DNA of 64,000 bases from IMG/VR virus record IMGVR_UViG_3300021365_000007; one strand, 5' to 3'. Positions within the stretch are counted from its first letter, which is position 1, and each line of letters begins with the position of its first letter. A program made the position numbers and the translations under genes. This stretch comes from an uncultured virus (IMG/VR IMGVR_UViG_3300021365_000007). Taxonomy: Duplodnaviria > Heunggongvirae > Uroviricota > Caudoviricetes. Positions 54,764 to 64,000 of the stretch are shown piece by piece. Below the pieces are notes generated by a model. That model searched no databases. It saw only the letters and a program-made list of their open reading frames with translations, and was not told where the DNA came from.

Positions 54764-57700
54764 TGCACGTAAAAAATATAAAGCAGAAATATAGAAAAGG
54801 GGGCAAACGTAAAATTACTAAACGTAGAAAGTATCAAGACGGTGGAGTACCTTCTCTTATACCTAACTTACCTGTACAACAGATAGCTCAAAGCCCAGTA
54901 AGTCAACAAGGAATTCAAATTGGGGGATCTACTATAGCAGACCAGTTAGGAACTCAACAAGGGTTAGGGGAAAAATTACGTTTAGGAGCAGAAGGTGCAG
55001 GCATGAAACTAGCAGGTGCGGGGCAAGGAGCGCTAGGATCATTAAAAGAAGGATTAGCTGAGGGTAAGATAAAATTAGCAGGAGCAGCTGCATTATTAGG
55101 AGCAGGGGCTAATAAACTTATAAGTAAAAATTCAGCAACAGCTAATGATGCTTATCGTACAGACAGCAAGCAAAGAACTGGTGCAGCAGTAGGTGGTGCT
55201 ATCAAGGGTGCAGGTAAAGGTTTTGACATAGGTAACAAAATTATCCCTGGTCTGGGGGGTGCTATCGGTGCAGGAATTGGAGCTCTGGGTGGGCTTTTTA
55301 AAGGTAAAAAGGGTCTTGAACAAGACAGAAAAGCATCAGTACGAGGGCTACGAGAAGCACAAAATGCTCAAATGAAAGGAGCTGCAAATCAACCTGACCC
55401 CTTCTCAGTAAAAGCAGGAGTTGGTTTTAACACAGCAACGTCTAGAACTAAAGCTTACGACCAAGCGTCTAGAGCAAGGAAAGGTGGAGTAAGAATGCAA
55501 AACGGAGGAGATGTGACTAGAGGTAATTTTAGGTACTCCACAACAAATGATATAGTTATGGACCCCAATGTTCGTGTAGGATCTAATGCCCCAGATGAGG
55601 CAATGATGAAAGCATATGCAGACACTATAAAACAAGAGGAAGCTCAATACGGGGAGGATAAATACGGTATGACCCCAGAGGAAAGAAAAGCATATGATAG
55701 AAAATACACCTCATCTACTGGTCCTACTGCAGGAAAAACTAATTGGACATTTAATGAAGCTTATTCTCATGCTCGTTCTGCAGGTAAAAAAACATTTGAA
55801 ATGTTTAAGAATGGAAAGTGGGTTAGATATTCTACTCGACGTGCGGATGAAACTGTAGATCAATTTAATAAGTCTTTTATATTAGGTACAGCAGAACAAG
55901 AAGCAGCAAACCAAGAACGTACAGGAAGAGAACGTATTCCATATGGACCAGGTGATGCTTTTAAAAATATAAAAAGAAGTGGAGGAGTAAAAAGACTACC
56001 CGGAGGTGTAATGTCCTCTCTGCCTGGTGGAGCTGTAGAGTTTAAAGGACAGACTCATGAGCAAGGAGGCATCATGTTAGATCAAATGACAGAGGTAGAA
56101 ACTGGTGAAACTATGGATAAAGTAAACATGAAAAAATCAGGAGGTAAAGCAAAAGACTACATCTTTTCTGACTACTTAAAACTAGGTGGTAAGACATTTG
56201 CAGCACGTCATAAAGAGATATTAAAAAGAGGTGGATCTCAACAAAAGATTCAAGAGTTAGCTAAGCTTCAAGAAAAGAAAGCTAATCGTTCACCTAAAGT
56301 TATGCAAGAAGGTGGAGAAAGAGGAGGTGGTACTTCAGACCTATTAGCAGGATTGTCTGGATTTAATACCGCTAGAACAGACGGCAGTACCGCAGAAAAA
56401 GAATTAAACAGAGCAGCTACAGAAGCAGCTAATGCTTATTCAGAAGAAGAGGCTGCAGCAATTAATGCAGAGAGAGAAGCTGTACTTGCACGTAATGAAG
56501 AGAAAAGAAATGTGCGTGCAAAACAAGGAAGTACAGAAGAAAAAGATGAAGAGACAGGTTCGAGAATATATGGAGCTTCTGCTGACGCAAAGGACAATAT
56601 AGGAAATTGGTTAGGTATGATGGAGACGGATATGGGTAACTTGCCTGAAGAGTTTCAAACCTTTGACTTTAGTAAATTTAAAAATGCAGAGGGTAATTTT
56701 GATGCAAACGCATTTAACACTCAAGCAAATAAAGGTGAATTTAGAGAATGGTATAACAGCTTACCTGACGATCTTGTAAGTGGTAAACTTTCTGCAAAAA
56801 ATGATAAAGGTGATTTAATTTTTGGAAAACAATGGAATTCAAGAAGATTGCTTGAAAGACCAGATGTTCCACAAGCTATAGAGCGAACTGATGTAAAACT
56901 TGCGTTAGATATGCCTGAACCTGTTGAAGGAGATACTCCTAAAATAGATAAAACAACTGAGGTTACAACCAAAAGTAGAGACGTTCCTTTAGGGGCTATA
57001 CTTGCAGGAGCTTCTCAGCTTATACCACCAGCTTATTCTTTACTTAAAAAGCCTAAGAATGTGCCAGGCTATGCACCACAAGCATATGCTAAACCACAGC
57101 TCCCACGAGTAAACTATAATGCAGAACGTGCAGCTAACGCTTCAGATACAAGAGCTACTTTAGCTAGTATAGAAAACAATGCAGCAGGACCAGCAGGTAT
57201 GGTTAATATGATTGCTGCAATGGGTAAGAAGAGACAAGGAGATCTTGAGATTGCTACGCAGGAGTCAAGAGCTAACAAGCAATTATCTGCAGAAGAAGCA
57301 AGATTAGGAGCACAAGCATCTCAGTTTAACATAGGCCAAGATGCTCAAGCTCAACAATATAATAGAGGACTTGCAAGAGAACAAATTAAAGATAGACGTG
57401 AAGAGGTTATGGGAGCACTTGATGCTGCAGCTGATCGTATTGCAGGTATGACCGGCGATGTATTAGACTACAAAGCACAAGAAAGATTAGCAGAAGCAGT
57501 ATCTGGAGAGACCGGAGTACTACTTAGAGAAAGACTTAAAGGTCAAAAGAATCCTGCTACTGGTGAAGTGTATAAAGATTTAGAAATAGCTGCGTTAGCA
57601 GGTAAGCTAGAGAGTGAAGGTACACCTCCAGGTGCTAATACTAAAGTTAAAGTTGATAAACAAGCTAAAAGACAGCAAAGAAGAGCGGATAACAAAAAGG

Positions 57701-58263
57701 CAAGAGACGCACGAAAACTTCAAAATGCTAAAGACAATCCTATCTCTACTACATCCTTTCCAGCAGGCGGTGCTGAAGACTCTAACGGAAAAGTTACTGC
57801 TAAAGAAGAAAATGAAAAAGACATAAAAAAGTTTGAACAAAACAAAAAAGCAGTTGACAAAGCTAATAAGCAAAATGAAAGAAGGTTAGCTAGAGATCCT
57901 AATCAGGAAGTAACTTTTAACTCTAACGCTCAAAATCCTATGACTGAAAAAAAGTGGGATAAGATGAGTGCTACTGAACAGATAGAGTACATTAAAAACG
58001 AAACTCCTGAACAAGCGGCTATAAGAAGAGAGTCTGGTATTGGGGTTGTAGACACGAGTAAACCAGACGGTACAAAAGTAGAAGGTGCTAGTCTCCGAAG
58101 AGAAGATGTTAAAAGAAACTATCCAAATGCACAACTGGATTCATTTACAAACGCAAAAGGACAAATAATATATTATCCTATATACGATGAAGGTCCGAGT
58201 CCAGACTACAGAAAAGGCGGTTACCTTAAACGTCGCGGACGTATTAAAAGAAAAAGAAGATAA
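54763..58263 (+). CDS. Virion cargo / ejection protein
   Basis: Gly-zipper hydrophobic segments, GQTHEQGGI..EVETGE motif, many xxGG motifs. Confidence 0.75.
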   Translation: MHVKNIKQKYRKGGKRKITKRRKYQDGGVPSLIPNLPVQQIAQSPVSQQGIQIGGSTIADQLGTQQGLGEKLRLGAEGAGMKLAGAGQGALGSLKEGLAEGKIKLAGAAALLGAGANKLISKNSATANDAYRTDSKQRTGAAVGGAIKGAGKGFDIGNKIIPGLGGAIGAGIGALGGLFKGKKGLEQDRKASVRGLREAQNAQMKGAANQPDPFSVKAGVGFNTATSRTKAYDQASRARKGGVRMQNGGDVTRGNFRYSTTNDIVMDPNVRVGSNAPDEAMMKAYADTIKQEEAQYGEDKYGMTPEERKAYDRKYTSSTGPTAGKTNWTFNEAYSHARSAGKKTFEMFKNGKWVRYSTRRADETVDQFNKSFILGTAEQEAANQERTGRERIPYGPGDAFKNIKRSGGVKRLPGGVMSSLPGGAVEFKGQTHEQGGIMLDQMTEVETGETMDKVNMKKSGGKAKDYIFSDYLKLGGKTFAARHKEILKRGGSQQKIQELAKLQEKKANRSPKVMQEGGERGGGTSDLLAGLSGFNTARTDGSTAEKELNRAATEAANAYSEEEAAAINAEREAVLARNEEKRNVRAKQGSTEEKDEETGSRIYGASADAKDNIGNWLGMMETDMGNLPEEFQTFDFSKFKNAEGNFDANAFNTQANKGEFREWYNSLPDDLVSGKLSAKNDKGDLIFGKQWNSRRLLERPDVPQAIERTDVKLALDMPEPVEGDTPKIDKTTEVTTKSRDVPLGAILAGASQLIPPAYSLLKKPKNVPGYAPQAYAKPQLPRVNYNAERAANASDTRATLASIENNAAGPAGMVNMIAAMGKKRQGDLEIATQESRANKQLSAEEARLGAQASQFNIGQDAQAQQYNRGLAREQIKDRREEVMGALDAAADRIAGMTGDVLDYKAQERLAEAVSGETGVLLRERLKGQKNPATGEVYKDLEIAALAGKLESEGTPPGANTKVKVDKQAKRQQRRADNKKARDARKLQNAKDNPISTTSFPAGGAEDSNGKVTAKEENEKDIKKFEQNKKAVDKANKQNERRLARDPNQEVTFNSNAQNPMTEKKWDKMSATEQIEYIKNETPEQAAIRRESGIGVVDTSKPDGTKVEGASLRREDVKRNYPNAQLDSFTNAKGQIIYYPIYDEGPSPDYRKGGYLKRRGRIKRKRR

Positions 58264-61010
58264 TGGCATACGAATTTAAACCATACAGAAGTGTATATCG
58301 TGATCCTCAGAGCGTAAAAGTATCTGAGGTTTTACGCAATAGATATGTAGATAACTTTGCATCCGACAGTATGCTTGATAAGCAACTTAATGAGATGCTT
58401 GTAGCAGCTGAGTTTGCAGGTGATGTAGAAAAAGCTAATGAGTTAAAAGCTAGGCTTGCACAAAATGCTACTGCAAGAACAGATCGTGGTGACTTTGAAA
58501 ATCTAGGCATGGCCATTAATATGGATGTCAGAGATTTTAGTAAGAACTATCAACCTCTTAAGTTAAACTATGAGACTAGAGAGAAAGATAAGGAAACCAA
58601 AAGACAGCTTATAGGACGACCAGGAGGTATAACCCAAAATCAATATGACGCTTGGGAAAAAAGATCTGCTATGGTAACGGATGAGACTACTGGAGATTAC
58701 ACAGGCTATGGAGGTATAGAGTATGGTGAAGATGGTAACCTTGACAGAGGATCATTATATCAGCCTAGAAGTATAGCATCTAACATAAATGTAGATAAAG
58801 AAGTACTCGCAGCGCTACAATCTATTGAAGCTGAACTAGGAGGGGGGTATGTTAGAAGGAAGTCTACAATGAAAGATTATGACGGTGATGGTATTCCTGA
58901 TGCAGAATATTACATAGAAACAGAAAGTGGAAAGACTAGAGTAATAGATCCAGAGACTGTCAAAAGAGTTACTAACCAGGTATTGGACCGTGCAGATGTA
59001 CGATCTTTTATGGAACAAGATGCTGACTTTGCTACTTTTGAATTAAATGAAGATGAATTAGACGGACAGCTTATTTCTAGAGTTAAACTGTTAGAAGGTA
59101 GACTGTCCTCAGGAAGACTTACACGAGAAGAATCAGACGCTGCTCGTAAACAAATTGCGTCTTTAAAAAACATAGTAGAGACTGGTGATGTAGGTACTAA
59201 GAGAGGCGCTGCAAGACAAGTTTACGATTCTGGTAAAAGAGAAGGGTTCTTAGATATGGCTGTAGATTCAAAAGCTGTAAACGATGTAGTAGGAGGAGCT
59301 CGTAAAGAAACATTTGTAAGACTGCTAGAGCAACAAGGTCCTAGCAACACAAGTAATTTGACTACCACGGGTGGAGCAACAGCTACAGGAGCAGGTTTAA
59401 CTACAGACACTAGATCTCCTTTAGCAGGAGACGATGGTAGAGTAACAGAAGCATCTGCAGAAGAAGCTATAAATTCAGCTAGTACAGATTCAGAAACGGC
59501 TGTAGCAACATTATTCCAATTGTACCCAGGGTTGGCATCAATGTACTCAGGTTTAAATGTAAATGACCCATCCACATTCAACGTTGCATTGGAAATGTTA
59601 GATACATCAACAGACAATAAAGAGACAATAATAGCTAACATAGAAAAGGCAGTAGAAAAAAATCCAAATTTATTAATGTCAAGCACTGGAGGTGCAGTTT
59701 CACCTGCTGCTTTAGCTGAAGCTGTATTAGCAGCAAAAAGCCAAAGAGAAACCTACTTAGCACTACAAGATTCATATGAGGATATCTTTACTGTTGCTAG
59801 AAGTCAAGTAAGTTCGGGAGACCAGAAGAATAACGTTCCAGGCTTAGTTACAGCCCCAACAGATTGGGGAATATTAGGAATATTAAACACTGATCTAGAA
59901 ACGTTAGATGTAATAGCAAAAGGTGATGAAGCTCAATCAAAAGCAGATTTAGAATACTCAGCGTTACAAGTTTTCCAAAACTTATTTGATAGTCCTGAAG
60001 AAGCTACAGTGAATCATCCTAATTACGGTAATATTGTAGATCATTTAGTTGCTGCTTACGACGGCAGATTAACTAGAGAAAGCATTGAATCTGTATATGA
60101 TGCATTTGCAAGTGGGGAAGAACTAGATGTATACTCAAATGCTGCGGGAAGTTTCAGAGGTCGTACTACAAAGGCAGGAAACGCTGCTGGTAGAGTGGCT
60201 AGAAAAATCTCTGACTCCCTTGAAGCAGGACATGAAGCAACTAAAGAAAAGCTTACAGAGCTAAGCACAGGAAAAATTACTTACCCTATAGCACCTAAAC
60301 CTGCATACATTACTAAGGAGAAGTATAAAGAATTTACAGACGCTGTAAAAGCTATACCGCTTACTGGTCCTGGAGGTCTTTTACAAAGAGATGATGTTAC
60401 CGGTGAGAACATTGGAGCTCAATTAAACATAAATAAAGGTGAAATTGTTGGAGTTAGCACTACATGGCATACTAATCCATCAACAGGATTACCAGAACCT
60501 GCCTTTATACTTAAGATAAAAGGTAAAAAGGGCACTATAACCACAACAGGTAGTGTAATTGTTAATCCAAAAGTTATAGCAGCAAATGCTGCCGGAGCAG
60601 TTCAAGGATTTGGTTTCAATACTTTAGACAATGTGATAACACAAAGAGCTCTTGCTGCATACAACGCAGCTCCTGGAGTAGCACGAAATACTGGTAAAGT
60701 AAAAACAACTTGGAATAATACCGGTACCACAGCTAACTATACTTTTGAGTTTGATGCTAACACAGTTAAACTTAATACTGCTGAAGGAACTGCTGAAAGC
60801 ATAGATTTAACCTCTGGTAATGTAAGAGTAACAGGAACTCATGCAGATGGAACACTCATAGATCAGATATACACACACGCAGAGTGGGCTGTGGAAATGC
60901 ATAACATGGGAGTTGCTTTTGGACTACAAGCAGATGTGGCATTTAATAATATGAACAATGCTACCGCTCCAGGAGTCCCTGCAATCACACCAGGTAATGT
61001 GTTTGACTAA
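58263..61010 (+). CDS. Virion cargo protein
   Basis: 915 aa starting MAYEFKPYRSVYRDP; lies between cargo genes. Confidence 0.7.
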   Translation: MAYEFKPYRSVYRDPQSVKVSEVLRNRYVDNFASDSMLDKQLNEMLVAAEFAGDVEKANELKARLAQNATARTDRGDFENLGMAINMDVRDFSKNYQPLKLNYETREKDKETKRQLIGRPGGITQNQYDAWEKRSAMVTDETTGDYTGYGGIEYGEDGNLDRGSLYQPRSIASNINVDKEVLAALQSIEAELGGGYVRRKSTMKDYDGDGIPDAEYYIETESGKTRVIDPETVKRVTNQVLDRADVRSFMEQDADFATFELNEDELDGQLISRVKLLEGRLSSGRLTREESDAARKQIASLKNIVETGDVGTKRGAARQVYDSGKREGFLDMAVDSKAVNDVVGGARKETFVRLLEQQGPSNTSNLTTTGGATATGAGLTTDTRSPLAGDDGRVTEASAEEAINSASTDSETAVATLFQLYPGLASMYSGLNVNDPSTFNVALEMLDTSTDNKETIIANIEKAVEKNPNLLMSSTGGAVSPAALAEAVLAAKSQRETYLALQDSYEDIFTVARSQVSSGDQKNNVPGLVTAPTDWGILGILNTDLETLDVIAKGDEAQSKADLEYSALQVFQNLFDSPEEATVNHPNYGNIVDHLVAAYDGRLTRESIESVYDAFASGEELDVYSNAAGSFRGRTTKAGNAAGRVARKISDSLEAGHEATKEKLTELSTGKITYPIAPKPAYITKEKYKEFTDAVKAIPLTGPGGLLQRDDVTGENIGAQLNINKGEIVGVSTTWHTNPSTGLPEPAFILKIKGKKGTITTTGSVIVNPKVIAANAAGAVQGFGFNTLDNVITQRALAAYNAAPGVARNTGKVKTTWNNTGTTANYTFEFDANTVKLNTAEGTAESIDLTSGNVRVTGTHADGTLIDQIYTHAEWAVEMHNMGVAFGLQADVAFNNMNNATAPGVPAITPGNVFD

Positions 61011-61018
61011 GAAAGAAC

Positions 61019-61026
61019 TATATTTG
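61019..61026 (+). promoter_or_regulatory. -7 box TATATTTG
   Basis: Intergenic, 6 nt before the ATG at 61033. Confidence 0.55.
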
Positions 61027-61032
61027 TAAAAC

Positions 61033-64000
61033 ATGGCAGACGATCAGACTACACAAAAAATAAGTCCTTTTACAGGATTACCTTATGTTGTTGGGGGACC
61101 AAATGACAAGAAAGAAAAAATAAGTCCTTTCACCGGTAAACCTTATGCAATTAAATCAGGACCGCCTGAAAGTCCTTTTAAAGGAACTGTGGGTATGGCA
61201 GGAAGTTTTGAGGATTATAATGGAACATGGCTTAGTCCTGCAACAGATGTAAATCCTTTTGCAGATATAGATGAGCAACGAGCTCGTAACCAATCTACAT
61301 GGGATAAGTGGGGTAATGGATTGGCTAAAGCTGGACTTACATTTACGGGAGCTGTATCGGAGAATACACTTGGGTATACTTTGGGTCTTGTAGACTACAT
61401 GGCTAGTGGGTTTGAGGACTTTGAAGAGTCTATGGCAAACAACCCTGTAGGAACTTTTTTTGATGGTTTAAATGATAGGGCTAGAGCTGCACTCCCAAAC
61501 TATCAAACAAGAGAAGAACAACGAGATCAAGGTACATTATCTCAACTAGGTAACGCTAACTTTTGGGCAGACACAGTTATGAATGGTGCTGCATACTCTT
61601 TAGGGTCTGTAGCTAGTGCATACCTTATGGGCGGTGTTGGAACAGTATCAGCTATAGGTAGAGGACTGGGGGCTTCTACACGTATAAGTAAGTCCTTAGC
61701 TAGTTACAGAGCTGCCAAAGCATTGCAGAATGGTTTAGGAGTAGGAGAAGCCTTAAAGAAAGGAAGAGCAATAAAGACCGGTATCTCACGAGGGAGTAAA
61801 GCAATTGGCTTTCTTGAAGGAGGAGCTATGATGTCTATTGCAGAATCTGCAGTAGAAGCTAGAGAAATAGAAGACAATATTAGAGGAGAGCTTATTCGAG
61901 ACTACAAGCTAAAGAATGGATTAGGAGAGTTAGATAGAGTGCCTTCACAAGAGATGCGAGATATTGATCTTGCTGCACAAGAAATGGGTAGCCTTGGCTT
62001 TGATGCTAACATGGCTGTACTTATGCCTACAAACCTTTTAACATTTGGTGGTATGCTTAGACCTATGGCAATGGGTAAAAATGCTATATGGGGAGCAGGT
62101 CTTACTAAAGAAGGTGGTAAGAAAGTACTTAAAGAATCTATTGAAAACCTACCAGGCTGGGCACAGAAAGGAGCTAGGCTTGGACGTACATACGCTAAAC
62201 CTACAGTTACAGGAGCAGTGTCTGAAGGATTCCAAGAAGGTTCTCAGTATGCAATATCTGAGGGTCTTGCAGATTTCACTAGGGATGAAGTAGAAGAGTT
62301 AGGAAGTGTTGATGCATTCAATGCTATGACCAATGGCAGAAATTCAAAAGCTATTGGTAGAGTTCTTAAAGACGGTGTAAAGAATGTTTCTAGTCCTGAA
62401 GGAAGGGAGCAAGCTATGGTAGGAGCCTTAGTTGGTTTGTTGTCTGGAGGTATAGGAGGGATAAGAGCAAACAGAGCTAAAGACGAACGCACTAAAAAAG
62501 CATTAGAATACTTTAACCAATTTGATAATTCTGTAAATCTAAAAACACTTGCTCAAAGTGATGAAATAGCAAAGCGTCACTTTAGGGCCATGGAGATTGC
62601 TGAACAAAGCAACGACTCCAAAGCATATGACGATGCTAAGTTTAGATTAATCAGACAGATGGCTCTTACTCATGCACAGAACGGAACGTTTGATGCATTT
62701 ATAGAGAGGCTTGAAGATACTAAAGAGTTGTCAGAAGAAGAGTTTAACTCATTGTTTGGGGTAGAAACTAAAGTAAAGTCTAGAGGTGAAGGTGGTAGAT
62801 TTCAGAGTGTAGATGTATCTAACAAAGAAAGAATAGATGAGCTTGTAACAAGAGCAAAAGATCTTAAGGCTACCTATGAAATGGTGGAAGAGCTTTACCC
62901 ATCTGTATCCCCAAAGGGAGGATTGCTTAAGACATTTATTAGAGCAGCTCAAGGAAAAGAAAGACTAGCAGAGCTTAGACAGCAAGACGCTGATCAAAAT
63001 CTTTACAAGCATGCTATGGTTTTGGCTATGACTGAAAGCAAAGATGCTGAAGAAAGAGCTCTGAAGAATCTCAAAGAACTTCAAAAGCTAGACCCAGATC
63101 TAGTCATTGAAGAGATAACAGATATTGAATCCGAAGGGTATGATGTAGCTTTAGATAAAGAAGGGAAAGAAAAAGTAGGTGTAAGTCGTCCTGAATTTTT
63201 AGAAAAGTCATTGCAGGAATCTGTAGATAGAGCTGTTGAGAATGGTGCTTCTAGAGAACAAGCTACAAAATATGCTCAATCAGCTTTAAATTTATTGACC
63301 GATCGTAATAATGCACGTGAGGCTTACAACAACTTAGAAGCAAGCCCTGAAGCAAGAGAGATCTACAAGCAGAGAAAGAAATTAGAAGCTGAGCTAAAAG
63401 AACAAAGACGTATAGATCAAGCTGCGGACAATGCTATCAACGATAGTGAAAGCCATGCAGATCTTGTTAAGGCTGCTGAGCAGTTAGATCCTGACGTTAG
63501 TGATGAAGCTAAAAAAAGAGTACAAGATGAGATAGTCTCACGACTTAGAAAAGTCAATGAGTTTAAAAGAAAGTTTGAAGCTATGGACCCGGCCCAAGTC
63601 AAAGCTCTTAACCCTGCAGATATGGAAGCGCTTGAAAAAGAAGCGTGGGAACTTGACGTAGAGGAAATAGATAAGACAAAAAGAACTAAGCCAAAAAGAA
63701 AAGCAGCAAGTGAAAACTCTAAAACTAAAACTAAAGAAGCTGCTAACAAACGGGGGAAAAAAGAGGCACCTAAAAACAAACAAGGTAAGGGTCTAAAGAA
63801 AGATGTAAGATCTAATAGGGGTAGAGCTAAGAAAGCAGTTGATCAGACTAATACTCTTGATACAACAACAGATATATCAGGAGAACAGTATAGTGGACAG
63901 TATAACTTAGTTAAGGGACCTGACGGTAGGACTTATGTACAAGTAGACAGTAAAGGTAATCCTGTAGAAGGAGACAGACAAGCCGGTCATAGGCTTAATG
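61033..64000 (+). CDS. Giant cargo protein of the virion RNA-polymerase gene block, 3' truncated
   Basis: Open from ATG 61033 to the window end (>=989 aa): RARNQSTWDKWGNGLAK, LPNYQTREE, NFWAD, EGFQEGSQY. No catalytic RNAP motif is seen within the window. Confidence 0.8.
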   Translation, partial: MADDQTTQKISPFTGLPYVVGGPNDKKEKISPFTGKPYAIKSGPPESPFKGTVGMAGSFEDYNGTWLSPATDVNPFADIDEQRARNQSTWDKWGNGLAKAGLTFTGAVSENTLGYTLGLVDYMASGFEDFEESMANNPVGTFFDGLNDRARAALPNYQTREEQRDQGTLSQLGNANFWADTVMNGAAYSLGSVASAYLMGGVGTVSAIGRGLGASTRISKSLASYRAAKALQNGLGVGEALKKGRAIKTGISRGSKAIGFLEGGAMMSIAESAVEAREIEDNIRGELIRDYKLKNGLGELDRVPSQEMRDIDLAAQEMGSLGFDANMAVLMPTNLLTFGGMLRPMAMGKNAIWGAGLTKEGGKKVLKESIENLPGWAQKGARLGRTYAKPTVTGAVSEGFQEGSQYAISEGLADFTRDEVEELGSVDAFNAMTNGRNSKAIGRVLKDGVKNVSSPEGREQAMVGALVGLLSGGIGGIRANRAKDERTKKALEYFNQFDNSVNLKTLAQSDEIAKRHFRAMEIAEQSNDSKAYDDAKFRLIRQMALTHAQNGTFDAFIERLEDTKELSEEEFNSLFGVETKVKSRGEGGRFQSVDVSNKERIDELVTRAKDLKATYEMVEELYPSVSPKGGLLKTFIRAAQGKERLAELRQQDADQNLYKHAMVLAMTESKDAEERALKNLKELQKLDPDLVIEEITDIESEGYDVALDKEGKEKVGVSRPEFLEKSLQESVDRAVENGASREQATKYAQSALNLLTDRNNAREAYNNLEASPEAREIYKQRKKLEAELKEQRRIDQAADNAINDSESHADLVKAAEQLDPDVSDEAKKRVQDEIVSRLRKVNEFKRKFEAMDPAQVKALNPADMEALEKEAWELDVEEIDKTKRTKPKRKAASENSKTKTKEAANKRGKKEAPKNKQGKGLKKDVRSNRGRAKKAVDQTNTLDTTTDISGEQYSGQYNLVKGPDGRTYVQVDSKGNPVEGDRQAGHRLN

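Noticed and set aside
13411..63783. Numerous minus-strand ORFs opposite late genes (and plus-strand ORFs opposite early genes)
   Set aside because: Shadow frames of real genes, with biased composition and no start context.
1..64000. Stop-codon reassignment, as in some crAss-like phages
   Set aside because: Core genes are full length in code 11; TAG and TGA end genes at sensible boundaries; no suppressor tRNA seen.
1..64000. CRISPR array, integrase, transposase or DGR
   Set aside because: No regularly spaced repeats, recombinase or reverse-transcriptase motifs were found by eye.

Overview
The whole window is part of one crAss-like (Crassvirales-type) phage genome in the standard genetic code. 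The host is probably a Bacteroidota/Flavobacteriia bacterium, judging from TAnnTTTG promoters, A-rich starts without Shine-Dalgarno sites and a T9SS-tagged protein. The left arm (1-12.4 kb, minus strand) carries replication genes: primase, SSB-like protein, Sak4-like ATPase, DnaB, SF2 helicase, a DnaA domain-IV-like protein, PolA and small early ORFs. The right arm (12.5-64 kb, plus strand) carries a DUF5675-like peptidase, GroES, IHF-like proteins, TerL, portal, scaffold-like protein, major capsid, ring/tail proteins, holin, muzzle/tail-stabilisation protein and large cargo proteins, the last of which runs off the window. Two large CDS missing from the ORF track were read by hand: primase 981->1 and a giant cargo protein 61033->64000. 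The most unusual signals are: (1) two non-canonical tRNA-shaped elements flanking one gene, one with a long arm complementary to the start regions of three early ORFs; (2) a cluster of structured non-coding segments at the divergent junction, including a ~245-nt pseudoknotted RNA behind its own promoter box; (3) a four-gene host-envelope module headed by a phage-encoded T9SS substrate; (4) a recurrent basic-x-GG motif punctuating modular cargo proteins; (5) an amphipathic ORF overprinted on primase behind an internal promoter. All folds and family calls were made by eye; no searches were run.
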